Shown: in pieces, positions 1-12,234 of the stretch
Layout: each line of letters begins with the position of its first letter
Position numbering within the stretch: position 1 is the stretch's first letter
Assembly (NCBI GenBank): GCA_951406725.2
Contig: OX597820.1
Location: 123,876,001 to 123,940,000 of the forward strand
DNA from: Octopus vulgaris
Lineage: Eukaryota
Length of the DNA: 64,000 nucleotides
Direction of reading: 5' to 3'
Notes under the pieces: model-generated
The model's input: only the letters and a program-made list of their open reading frames with translations
Told to the model about the DNA's origin: nothing
Databases searched by the model: none
Made by a program: the position numbers and the translations under genes

Positions 1-1200
1 CATAGATACATATATATTCATATTTATACACAAAAGATATATATGTATGTGTAAATGTATATGTATTTGTACTTTTCCATCTGCCTACTTATCTATCAAG
101 TTCTATATCTATCTATGTAATATATATATATATAAGTTCAGCAAAAATTTAGATTCAAATGAATATGGTACTTAATTTAGATGCACCAGAATTTTGTATG
201 TTGTTATCCATAAAAATTTGTGGGGTGATTATAATCAAAAGAAGCAACAAGAATTACCGGAGTCATTCTTATTGCTTACTTTGTTTATATATACATATAT
301 AAACAATATCCCGTAGCATTTATCTTTGCCTATCATCCAAGTGGAATTGCGAAGTTAGTGCATCATTTAGCTACTGGGGTCTATGCAATCGATTAATCCT
401 GGCAGCTAAAAATTCGTTGACCCAGTGGTAATATTCGAAACTATATATAACTATTATTATATTCGATCGTCTGATCATCTTCAAGCATATAGAAAGTGAT
501 TTTCTTGCTTCACAAATATTTCTCACTATACAATTGGATGCATTGGTACATCTTGCGTTCAGTTGTTTAAAGTGATAATTTAAATTTTGTCAGAACAAGT
601 GCAAGAGTCAAAATTCTTTGAAAAAACAAAAGAAAAAACAAAAACAAACAAGGAAAAAAGAAATAGATTACGGATTTTAAGAGTTAGTGGCTTAGTTGCT
701 TGCGATATTGAAATATTGCAACTTCCTTATATTCCTTGTTCTTCAAGACATAGATATACAACAGAAAGAGTAGTGTAGGCTGAACTAGGTACAATCCATC
801 GGATTTCTGGTGGGCTGCATGCTTCATGAAACGGCTGTTGGTGTCTAGGCGGTGGGTATTCATATTACTTCATGAGAGTTCACGTTAAGGGAAGACCTCT
901 TCTTGAAAGGAAAGATGGATAGAGAGAAAAGAGTAAGTAAAATGGTGGTTAACATTTATGTATCTATGATTGTACATAAATATGTCACAGTATTATGTAT
1001 GAATCTAAAGATGTGTATGCGCATCTTTACGCATGTGTATTCTTGTATGTAGGTGAGTATGTGTTTCTTTGTACCATTCTTTGTTTGCATATCTACTTAT
1101 TAACACCAGGCTTGTTGTTTACGGTGCTTAGGTGCTCGGTACGCATATGCATTTGCCTGTATACGCATACACACACACGCACACGTACACATATGCACTC

Positions 1201-1234
<34 letters not shown>

Positions 1235-1780
1235 ATATATATATATCATATATCTACATATATGTAGGCGTATAATATGTGTGCGTAAGTGTGAATGCAT
1301 CCGTGTATACATCTACGTGCATAATGTCTTTTTTGAGTTAGTGTATTTTTGTCATCCGTTCCTATACGCACCTGTGTTTCCACACACCTCCCTCCTACAT
1401 TCCACACCATTTCCACTTAAACTAAGTAACTCAAAAACACGAATTCCTATTAATCGACTTTGCCATTGTCTAGAAAAAAAAAGAAAGAAAATCATATTCA
1501 CAACTAATAGATTCCTTAAAGTGATCTACATTTATGGGAATCTTTCTGCTCCACTGACCTTCATGTTCGCGAAGGAAAACCCACTCTTACTGAATTAGCA
1601 TGCCACTATACCTTTTACATTTCATTCCCAGTTGACGGCAAATTGAACTTATCGACATCTACCTTAATCACAATGATGGATCCTTGACTTAACTAGAACT
1701 CATCGAACTTTCCACTCACCACCAACATTACATACACAAACTAAGCCACACAAGTTCGATGCTTTGAAATAAAGTAAACA

Positions 1781-1945
1781 GATGCGGAAGTAGCTGTGTG
1801 GTAAAAAGTTTGCTTTCCAACTATATGGTCCCCGGTTCAGTTCCACTGCCTAGCACCGTGGGCAAGATTCTTCTACTATAGCACCTATACGACCAAAGCC
1901 TCAAGTGGACTCGGAAGATGGAAAGTAGAATAAGTTCGTCGTGTA
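1781..1945 (+). mobile_element. tRNA-derived SINE, family A, 5' half
   Basis: A-box-like TAGCTGTGTGG and B-box-like GGTTCAGTTCC. Body is homologous to the copies at 18903, 52192, 15248(-) and 43590(-). Confidence 0.8.
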
Positions 1946-2079
1946 TACATACACATAAATACACAGGTACAGGCATACCTTGTTGTCAAGTGGGGATGCG
2001 GCTCAAACATAAATACTTAGACACACACATGCATCTCTCCTCCTCTCTCCCTCTGAGAATACATTTACATATACCCACA

Positions 2080-2730
2080 TACAAAATGGTATCAAAAAGT
2101 TCCCGGACTATTTCTGTTGCGCGCCAATAGATGGCAGCACACGACTGTGTACGCAGTGACTTTCGTGAGGTGCTATGCCGACTGATATCGCTCTGTTTTC
2201 TTCGGAAGTTGCGAAATTTGTGTTTTTGTGATCACGTGTACGAGGTTGTGTCAACAGGTTTCCGGACTAGATATGTTTAATGAAAAATAACTCATTTATC
2301 TAAGCTGTAACGTCATCTCATTCGAAATAGTCCCCTTACAAAGCAATACACCGGTCCCATCGTTCCGGCCGCTATTGGAATCCGCCCTGGAAATCGTTTT
2401 CCCTAAGCGAGTGGAGGAACGTCTGCAATGCGCTCTGGATTTCGACAACGATGTTGAAAAAGGTTACCTTTCAAACGCTCGTTCATCTTGGCGGAGAGAT
2501 GGAAACATTGCGTACGACCCATCGCCGAAGTATTCTCGATGTCTCTGTAGTAGGCTTCCCAAGATGAAGGTAAAATTTCACATTCGCCCTTTGTTCCAAC
2601 TTCGTGTCCATTTACAAAGTCTTTGACTGCAGCATACGCATGATCACAAAGACAGAAGCTTCAAAACTTGTGAAGTAAACACAGCAATGTTACTCGGCAC
2701 ATTTGTGTGCATACAGGTGTGCAGCTTCAT
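2080..2730 (-). mobile_element. Nested non-autonomous mariner remnants: a plus-strand 5' end followed by a minus-strand internally deleted copy
   Basis: Two related TIR-like starts (2080 and 2238). Minus strand 2320-2490 translates to a mariner C-terminus (ENDFQGGFQ*RPERWDRCI...GDYFE). 2176-2235 and 2640-2700 are inverted homologues. Confidence 0.65.
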
Positions 2731-2774
2731 GCACACATGCACACACAGAGACATACACAGGAACACATACCCAT

Positions 2775-2889
2775 ATTTTCCTGAGCGCCATACTAATACA
2801 ATTGTTTGTTTGTATTCCACCTGCCTTCGTCTTTTGTTTATTTCCGTAAACCTGCCTTCGTCTTTTGTCTATTTTCATAAAGCTTCCCG

Positions 2890-2890
<1 letters not shown>
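2775..2890 (+). mobile_element. 3' tip of PLE pseudo-LTR, family 1
   Basis: TTCCTGAGCGCCATACTAATACA...CCACCTGCCTTCGTCTTTTG is shared with 11985-12050, 16415-16490, 52556-52625 and 57375-57455(-). Ends in (TA)n. Confidence 0.7.
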
Positions 2891-2942
<52 letters not shown>

Positions 2943-2945
2943 TTT

Positions 2946-3570
2946 ATTTTGGGTTGTCAGGAATGTAATTTCGTTTTTTGCAAATAGAGAGAGTTACAAT
3001 TTTTCAAATGACTTTTCTCAATGTTACGATGTTTTCCTTTTTGACATTTGATAGCATGTATCTTTTGCTTACTTTAGGAGTAAATTGCGATTAATCTTGT
3101 TTACAGCTGTTAGTTCAATGTGAATTTTAACATGGAGTGCAAAAAGGAACATTTTCGCCATAGTTTTTGCTTTTTTATTTCCGTATTGAATACTTAACAG
3201 AACGCGCACGTCAGAAATGGTTTAAAAAATGCCATTCTGGAGATATTTCAATCAAAGATGACCAACGTTCTGATCGACCTACTGACGTTGATGAGGACAG
3301 GATCAAAACTATAGTTGAATCTGATTGTCATATAATTGTGCGTGAAATTGCAGAGGTCAAATGTATCACATACAATAGTTAAAAGTTACTTAAAATGTCT
3401 TGGACTCGTTAAGAAGTTCGATATTTGGGTTCCACATATATTGAAAGACATTCGCTTAACACAGCGAATCAATATTTGCGATATGCATTTCCAATGCAAT
3501 GAAATCGAGCTTTTTTTGAACGAATCATCACTGCTAATGAAAAATGGATTCTCTACGATAAAATCAATCG
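2946..3570 (+). mobile_element. Mariner 5' half (TIR plus N-terminal transposase pseudogene), truncated
   Basis: TIR-like TTTGGGTTGTCAGGAATGTAATTTCG. Frameshifted peptide KWFKKCHSGDISIKDDQRSDRP...KKFDIWVPHILK (WVPHEL motif)...RIITANEKWILYD. Confidence 0.85.
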
Positions 3571-3959
3571 ATATGTAGACATATCTTCATATCAAGATAA
3601 ATATATACATCATAACCTATATCTACAAACAATTTTAAAACTGTCAGGTGTATATAATATTAAATCGTAAAAATTACGCAAATGTACATTAATTTGATAT
3701 AACATAATTAAATCCGTGGGTAAACAATAAAAATAAACCTCGATGAAGGTTAAGCTTAAATTTGTAAAACAGTCGAAGGCTTTCTCAAAATCACTAGCGT
3801 TGCAATGGAAAATAGCTATAACGTGTAAAGTAAAATTCAAATTCGACACTCAAAAAATATTTCCAATGTCAAAATATTTTACCCATACATTACTTTGCAG
3901 GTTGACATTTTAAACTTTGCGGCGTGCCTGCAGGAATTTATGTTAAATAGTGAATTAAA

Positions 3960-4745
3960 TTTAAAGGTTTCGAAAAATAGCAAGTCAGTAATAGATTGGT
4001 TGAAAAAGATTAGCCATAAGCATACCTGCAAATTTACGCAGTTTGACGTCATCGACTTTTACCCGTCAATATTTAGGCCTTTGCTTCTAAAAGCATTAGA
4101 TTTCGCCAAGCAGTATGTCAATATCGATACCTCGGAAATAGATATTATCTTACATGCCAGTGATTCCCTTTTTTTTTATAAGGATTCCACCTTGGTAAAA
4201 AAGAGTGAGGATTCTCTTTTCGATGTACCAACGGGGTTACATGATGGGGCAGAGGTATGTGTGCTTATAGGAGATGATATTTATAAAGGCGATGAGCTGG
4301 CAGAAGCGTTAGCACGCCGGGCGAAATGCTTAACGGTATTTCGTCTCCCGTTACACTCTGAGTTCAAATTCCGCCGAGGTCGACTTTGCCTTTCATCCTT
4401 TCGGGGTCGATTAAATAAGTACCAGTTACGCACTGGGGTCGATATAATCGACTTAATCCGTTTGTCTGTCCTTGTATGTTCCCTCTGTGTTTAGCCCCTT
4501 GTTGATAGTAAAGAAATAGGAGATTATATTTTGCATAATCTGCATCTAGAATTCCGTTATATAGATGCAGGATTATAGATGCAGGGATGGCGGTCTTATA
4601 GTCACCCATAATGTAGACGGGCTTGTGTTAGATAAACTTGATTACTTTATTCCAATGAATGTATTACGATAGAAAGTAACGTTACAAGCGTAGATTTTTT
4701 CAGATATCAAATTATATTTACAATTAGATAAATTTAAACCCTACT
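3960..4745 (+). pseudogene. Penelope-like reverse transcriptase fragment (Naiad-like signature), split by a SINE
   Basis: IDWLKKI..KFTQFDVIDFYPSI...FDVPTGLHDGAEVCVLIG. After the SINE the frame resumes DYILHNL...GL/CRDGGL (decayed YRDDG)...ITIESNVTSVDF. Confidence 0.85.
4286..4515 (+). mobile_element. SINE family B, full length with TSD
   Basis: Head GAGCTGGCAGAA...GAGTTCAAATTCC; core GTCGACTTTGCCTTTCATCCTTTCGGGGTCGATTAAATAAGTACCAG. TSD ATAGGAGATKATATTT at 4267-4282 and 4516-4531 (15/16 identical). Confidence 0.9.
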
Positions 4746-4925
4746 ATATTCTATATACCGGACAGCTTTTAAAATAGTTTTGTAGATATAGGTTATAATG
4801 TATATATTTATCATGATGTGAAGATATGTCTCTGTATATTTATGTGTATGTATTTATTGTAGGTATGTATATGTATATGCGTGCGTGCGTATACATATTT
4901 GAGTGTATATATATATATAATATAT

Positions 4926-4960
<35 letters not shown>

Positions 4961-5059
4961 CTATGTACATGCGTCTGTATGTTCAGGGTATATATGTATA
5001 TTATAGATCGTTTGGTATGTATATATACTGCTAAATATAAATGTAATCAAACGAAAATA

Positions 5060-5491
5060 TCTTAAAATGGATATAGATTTTAATGTATTAATTCATTAAT
5101 ATTTTACAGATAATTATTTATCCTGGGTATTCAGGCTCTTCCCCTGTTTATAAGCAATTTTTAATTGAAGGTTTTCTTCGATTTTCTATAAAAAGATAAT
5201 GTTTTTTAACGCAATTTGTTCATTGCATGCAACCTTCATGAAAAAAGACCATTTTCAAACGTGTATCTATTAAACTAATCATATATTTTTGCACATAGCC
5301 TTATCTTTGTTCCATTCTAAACAAATCTGTCCGACGAACGAGAACCTGTAATTCTGGCTAATAGCTTTGGCGGCAGTTTTTGTTTGATATTTCGGCTGCT
5401 TTTAATTAAGTATTCCTGGTATTCCAGGTATATTATTTCCACCTTGTTTCCCAATCAAGTGCTCACTCTGGTGTACGTACGTGCGTACATA

Positions 5492-5561
<70 letters not shown>

Positions 5562-6290
5562 ATATTCTCAGTTGGCTTCCGCTTCTATATTAGAACCAGG
5601 ATCACATTATTTCATATTTATTATTTAATTGAACACGACGCATCCACTTCTAAGTAATTTTTTAACTCTATCTTCATCTTTTTGATGCCACTATCTACTC
5701 TGTAGCGTCTTCTTCCTCCATACTTCTCTAATTCAATTTTCCTCCCTTTACCTCCATAGTTTTCTATCTGTCTCTTTCTCCCCTTTCCTCTCTCTCTCTC
5801 TCGTTGGTCACTCGGGGACATATCGTCCATCTTTCATTTCCTCACGTGACCATGGATGTTTTAACGAACGGACGTGTTTTTCTCTCACTCTTCTATCATT
5901 TCTCTTTTCAAAAAGAACCTTTCTCCCAGCGTTCACAATTTTCCTCTCCTTCCGGTCTAACAAGACTCCATATCTGTTTCCTTTCGGCTTCCTTGTCTAT
6001 CTCCACATTCAGTTTTTATTCCCAACTTCGACCCTTCATAAATCCTAAATTTTATTCTAGAATTTATGGAAGCAACTGTCTGTAAAGATACATATTATCG
6101 TCGAATGCTCGAAATGAGGAGTTGATAGACAGCCAACAACTGATAAAGGGTCCTTTCTCTGTGTTAACTTGTCCTGTTTTCCAGTTTTCTCATTGTTTAC
6201 ATATATTAAACGTTTTCCCTCGTTTGTTTACGTATTTCATTTTATTTGCATCGTTTGGAAGTCCTGTACTCATATATGTGTGTATGTATA

Positions 6291-6370
<80 letters not shown>

Positions 6371-6640
6371 AATATTATTATTTATTATTTTATAGGTATA
6401 TACATATATATTATATATATTATTATTATTATTTTTCTTCTTTCTTAAAATTTTCTACCATTTCCCGCCGAGTGTTTTCCGTATACCTAGAGCAGAGAAG
6501 CTCATTATATGCATTCCTAGATTACCCACGCAAATTCACAAGTGAAATATGTATGTAAAAAGATAGATAAATAAGTTCATGTGTACATGTTGTTTTCCTC
6601 TCGGGCTGGTCTAACAAGACTCCATGCCTGTTTCCTAGCG
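5060..6640. mobile_element. Degenerate PLE-like remnant
   Basis: Minus strand gives a GIY-YIG C-terminus-like KIEENLQLKIAY..LNT. About 40-bp direct repeat at 5943-5985 and 6596-6638. Decayed hammerhead-like tail at 6440-6565. Confidence 0.3.
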
Positions 6641-6677
6641 ATCATCATCATCATCGTCATCATCATCATCATCATCG

Positions 6678-6733
<56 letters not shown>

Positions 6734-6752
6734 GTCATCATCATCATCATCG

Positions 6753-6787
<35 letters not shown>

Positions 6788-6878
6788 GTCATCATCATCA
6801 TCATCATCATCCTCATCATCATCATCATCACCATCATCATCGTTATTATTATTATCATTATTATTATCATTATGATTA

Positions 6879-6918
<40 letters not shown>

Positions 6919-6919
6919 T

Positions 6920-6956
<37 letters not shown>

Positions 6957-7015
6957 GTAGTATTGTTGTTGTTTTTGTTGTTGTTGTCGTTGCTGTTGTT
7001 ATTATTATTATTATA
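6641..7015. repeat. Compound (ATC)n-(ATT)n-(GTT)n microsatellite
   Basis: Directly visible; it is the source of the poly-I/M/L ORFs. Confidence 0.98.
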
Positions 7016-7595
7016 TTCATGCTCATTACTATCGCTTCAATCAATAAATTATGTTATGCAATCTCATAAGAATGTCCATAAACCTGCCTTTGGCAAGCAA
7101 AACCTGCTTCAGAACAAGGTATGTATTTCATCTCATTTACGAAGTGCTTATTTCAAGATTGAACGTTCGATTCTCTGTGTTTCTAAAGCATTAGAACCAA
7201 ACAGATAAATTTTCTGTCACCTCCTTGATTTTAACAGCCACAGTGTGAACCTTAAGTGTTTCTCTGTTTATGACGATATCCTTAAAACCTTTCTTAGGTT
7301 CATATCTCGGTTGCTTACCGCTTGCAACTGGCCGTAATTGATTAGGTAACCTATCAATGCTCATACTAGTAATAATTACATATGAGAAGTATCTGAACAT
7401 TAGATAGGTTGTCTCGCTGAAGAACAACGGTGATTCGTGTTAGAGAATGTATTTTGATGCTTAAGATCTCCCTAAGGTAAGTCTGTTGGTTAATCCAAGG
7501 CTTTGATGTGACGACGATATGAATACCAGTTAAATACCTAAAGTTGTTTCAGAACGTTTAGCACTTGAAACGTAAAAGTTTCTTTTCTAAATATT

Positions 7596-7812
7596 GATTT
7601 CAAATTTTAGTACAATGCCAGCAGTTCTGAGCAAGGTGATAAATCGATTACATCAGCCCCAGTGCTGGAATGGCACTTGTTTTATCAACCACAAAAGGAG
7701 GAGATAAAAATTGACCTCGGCGGAATTTGACCTAAGAATCGAAAGACGTACTTAATACCGATTTGCATTTTCTCAGGTGTGCTGACGATTCGAACAGCTC
7801 ACCACCTTAGCG
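7596..7812 (-). mobile_element. SINE family B
   Basis: Reverse complement of the 4286-type head and core; flanked by TTTCTAAATATT. Confidence 0.8.
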
Positions 7813-7824
7813 TTTCTAAATATT

Positions 7825-8034
7825 AATTTCAAATTTTGGCACAAAGCCAGCAATTTTGGAGGGTAATTTGATTACATTGACCCACACTCAACTGGTACTA
7901 TTTTATCTCCCCCGAATAGATGAAAAGTAATGTCGAACTCGGCTGAATTTGAATTCAGGATGTGAAGACGGATGAAATACCTTTGAGCATTTCGCCCGGT
8001 GTGCTATCGTTTCTGACAGCTTACCACTTTAGCC
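7825..8034 (-). mobile_element. SINE family B, second copy in tandem
   Basis: Reverse complement of the family B head and core; flanked by TTTCTAAATATT. Confidence 0.8.
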
Positions 8035-8784
8035 TTTCTAAATATTGTAACCACTTTTCGTTTACCTCATGTAAGTCATGAGCACATGCATGATTTGAAA
8101 GACACTGGATGAGATTTGTGAAAAATTCAACTGGTATTTCTGGCAGGTATTTCGAACGCGATGCAAAGGCTTTGTAGTTGGCTTGTTTGGTGTTGTAACA
8201 ATTTCGCAATACTCTGTCGTCTTCAATGATAGTTAATAATAAATATTAGCTAACACCAACGACACCAGAGTTAAACGTGATATGGTATTGATCAGTGAGA
8301 ATTAATAATAGCATATATCATGTTATTCTATTCCCAGATGTAATCATATTTGAAATGGTTCAGTAGACTTGAGCTCTCAAGTAAAGCGGAGGTTTCATGA
8401 ATGAAGATGTCGACTCTTTTGAACACTGACTTCCTTTTAACCTAATGATTTTTAGGTGAGGTTTCGCTCAGTTTGCTAGAAATATCTCTATTAATGTATG
8501 GTACACTTAACTTATCAACTTATCTTTGTTTTAATATGAGAGTAGTATCCCCCTTGAACACATTGATACATTTCTCGGAATTATACAATTTCACCAGCAT
8601 TCATTCTAACACACATACACATTCCACACACAGAAACGCACACACTGCCTCTCTCCTTCAGTGTAGTCACGCAAACACACACTCTCTCACACACACTGTC
8701 ATTTCTCTCTCTCATACACACACCTGTACACCCACACATCTATACGTATATGTATATATATAAAAATATACATGTGCATGTACG

Positions 8785-8787
<3 letters not shown>

Positions 8788-8864
<77 letters not shown>

Positions 8865-8946
8865 TGTATATTGTGTGTGTTTTCCGGATCTTTTCCATTT
8901 GATCAGCATCAGTAATTATTTTGTCTGTATACATCTTTCCCCAACT

Positions 8947-9025
<79 letters not shown>

Positions 9026-9087
9026 GCTAGCTAGCTAGCTATCTATATATATATCTATCTATCTAACTATATATCTATCTAACTATA

Positions 9088-9120
<33 letters not shown>

Positions 9121-9185
9121 GTTTTTCTGTATGTCTCTTTGCCTGTCTGTCTGTCTGTCTCTCTATGTATAAATATATATGTATA
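8788..9185. repeat. (TA)n, (TATC)n and (TC)n compound microsatellites
   Basis: Directly visible. Confidence 0.95.
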
Positions 9186-10329
9186 TTGGAGTGTATTAGT
9201 ACGTGTGGCTACTTACACAATAATGCTATTAACAATTTAAAACAGATCATATAATGTTGGTGTAAATATTTGGCATGTAGAGTTATTATTGCTACTTAGA
9301 ACATTCCATTACTTACATTTTAATGTGCCTTTCCGACTCGGCAAATTCCATGACAGGATTGGCTTGAAGAAGCATTCCCATTCTTTGTCCGGAGATGTAT
9401 AATTTCTCTTACGTACGAGAAGGTGGCAACAAACACAATCACAGTCACACGCATATCATGCACACAGAAACTCTCTCTTTCTCTTACTCTGTGTGTGTGT
9501 GTCTCTCTCTCTCTTTGTCTGTCTGCCTGTCTCTCTATCTGTCTGTCTATCTGTATGTATGTATGTATCTGTCTATTTCAGTGTGTCTGTGTCTGTCCAC
9601 CACCCACCACAGAAATTGATTTGTCCTAATGTATTTAGAGAGAATCATTTTAAAACTGTGGAAATGATGGATCGCCGTAGTTCAGCGTTCAAGAGAGGGA
9701 GGGAGAGATAGATGTGATGACACTGACGGATGTGTGGTGGTTGAGTCTTTTCGCGGGTATTTAAATTCACTTTGAAAAAAAAAAGGTCCAAAACAATTTA
9801 ATCCTTGTTAAAAAACATGTTTAGTCCTTACCAATTAATTACGAATCCACCGCATTCCAGAGATGTATCTGACTCAATCAATAATGATCGAAGCAGTCTT
9901 AAGAGATGGATAGTGATTATTGCCTGCTATATCCGCCTGCGGCAGATTGCGCACTATCATGGCATATTTACCTCCATAGTAAGAATCTTTTATGGGACAT
10001 ACCTCATCTTAGTTGTACCAGCCTAATTTTCGTGCTGGCTTAGGTCACGTAGGAAGAGGATATTAATGGTGAAGTATTCCTTCTCCTAGATTGATTGTTT
10101 CTCCATAGCTGAGGAGCTCAGTGTAGCGTAAGAAAACTCTATTTAACACTTGATCGATAAATGATTTCCCTAATCTTTTTCAAAATCCATTCTCAGCGAA
10201 AGATAATTATGTAAAAAATAAACTGCCATGGAGACATTTTACTGGAGGATTAGATAATACGCATAACATTAAACTAGAAGTAAAATAAATTATCATGAAA
10301 CTCAGTAAACTATAAATTGTTGTTATATC

Positions 10330-10700
10330 AGCTTAGATTAGGGACCGTAGTACAGATGTTATGGCTGATATTCTGACCACCTTGGTTATACGATATTAAT
10401 TTTATTGTAAAAGAAACAAGGTGTCAAATCCAAATGAGGTGCCTTTCACAGTATTTGTTGTAACTGTTAAAGCATTCAGTGGACATTTGTTGAATCTCCT
10501 GCGAGCACACATATGATGCAAGTAGCATTAGAGTTTCAATGTGAATTTAGATCAGGTATAGGCACCACGTATAAGATCTTACATTTAAATGACTGGCGTC
10601 TAGAGACACACCTATTACCAAGATTTTGCTGATCTAAGGAAATGCTTTGAATAAAGAATGGTAAATTTACACGTGATGATTACAAGCATTTCTAGTTACC
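10330..10700 (+). mobile_element. Highly degenerate RTE-like RT fragment
   Basis: QCEFRSGIGT and FADLRKCFE resemble the Q.GFR and F.DL.KAFD RT motifs; many stops. Confidence 0.45.
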
Positions 10701-10759
10701 ATAGAAGCCGATGCGATATTACTCGTTATGCTAAGAATAGTCACGATTAAACCAACTTT

Positions 10760-11620
10760 TGCACTAAAATTCTTGTCAAACGTCAAGGTAACTAGCAGAG
10801 CAAATGGAATGCTCCCACACTGCTATGGAGAAACATCTTCACTCGACGGAAAATATTCAGAAGTATGGGTCATGGGTTCCGCATGCTTTAAGTGACAACA
10901 AAAATCAACGAGCCACAATCTCCGCTGCTTTGCTTGTTCGTCACCGCTCAACTCATGGACACAAGCAATGATTTCTTTACCGAATCGTTACTAGCGACAG
11001 AAAATGGTGCCTCTACATCAATATGAAGCAGCGTAAGGAATGACTTAAACAACTGACACCGCGCGGGGAACATGATTTTCATCCGCGTAAAACGATGTTG
11101 TGCGTATGGTGGAACTAAGAAGAGATTGTCCGTTACGAATTGCCGGAACGGAATCAAACAGTCAACGCGGAACTCTGTTCAACAGATGGAACGACTCACC
11201 ACAGCTATTCGAGAGAAAATACCTAATCGGCAGCATGGAGTTCTGCTGCACAAAAATACCTGCCCTCATATCACCACTATGACCAAGGAAGCCTTTCAAA
11301 TGCATAACTGTGAAGTGCTACCACATCCTCAGTACTCTCCTGATTTGGCACCAACAGATTTCAACCTCTTTGGATCTCTTTCAATGATGTGCGCGGAGTT
11401 TCGTTCAATACTGATGCAGAATTACGAGCTTTGTTGGATCGATTTTTCGAGTTGAAATTGCGTGATTTCTTCCGAGGTATTCAAAATTTTGTTGAACGTT
11501 GGGAAGAAGTTTTATACAACAAGGATGAATACATTACTGAATAATTAGTTGTTATTTTTTATTAAACCTTAAAAAAAAATTTTAATTAAAAAAACGGCGG
11601 GAACTTATTTGCCAACCCAA
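10760..11620 (+). mobile_element. Mariner, 3' two-thirds with right TIR
   Basis: WVPHAL, RIVTSDRKWCLY, KTMLCVWW, LPHPQYSPDLAPTDFNLF. Ends GAACTTATTTGCCAACCCAA followed by TA. Confidence 0.9.
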
Positions 11621-11624
11621 TATA

Positions 11625-12048
11625 TATACACAGGACACCACATCACATGATACCACCACGCACACACTAGCACCGACCACTTCCCAACACCACATCATCA
11701 TCCACACACCTACACATGCACACACGCACACGTCAAGCTCACCAGCCCTCTTCCACATGCACATTAATGCTGTCTTATACACACGCACATGCACTTTCGT
11801 TTTGGGATCATCACTACTTTATTATATCTCCTTCTTCGTAGCTCTCCTGTGTGGCCACTATGTACGGCATTTGCAATGATAGATCGATAGACACTACCCA
11901 TTCTTTATTTTCTCTCCTCGTTTCTTTCTGTGTTCCTTTAAGTGGAAGAGCGTAGGCTCGAAACGTTAAAGACTTCATCACTTCCCGAGCGTTAAACTAA
12001 TAATATGTTTGTTGTCTACACCACCTGTCTTCGTCTTTTGTTTTTTTG

Positions 12049-12050
<2 letters not shown>
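11625..12050 (+). mobile_element. PLE 3' UTR plus pseudo-LTR family 1
   Basis: CA-rich tract, then CTTTCGTTTTGGGATCA... as at 16240-16490; contains a hammerhead motif; ends in (TA)n. Confidence 0.75.
11936..11971 (+). ncRNA. Minimal type I hammerhead motif, core decayed
   Basis: CTTT-aaGTGGA-a-GAGC(GTAG)GCTC-GAAA-CGT-T-AAAG: stems I and II pair; stem III is the ACGT palindrome. Confidence 0.6.
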
Positions 12051-12093
<43 letters not shown>

Positions 12094-12095
12094 AT

Positions 12096-12129
<34 letters not shown>

Positions 12130-12202
12130 ATGTATGTATGTATGTATAGATAAATACATAGATACATTCTTACGTGTATACATACATCTGAATACACATA
12201 TA

Positions 12203-12234
<32 letters not shown>

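Larger units (their letters stand above)
7100..8400 (-). mobile_element. Degenerate RTE-clade LINE interrupted by two SINEs
   Basis: Minus-strand peptide SMSIDRLPNQL..ASGKQPRYEPKKGFKD...TLK...W resembles the RTE ORF C-terminus. RT-like KAF...LIQ..HD at 8050-8230. Confidence 0.55.

Noticed and set aside
3895-4494. 199-aa ORF as an intact gene
   Set aside because: It is a chimera: a PLE RT fragment read through into a SINE inserted at 4286.
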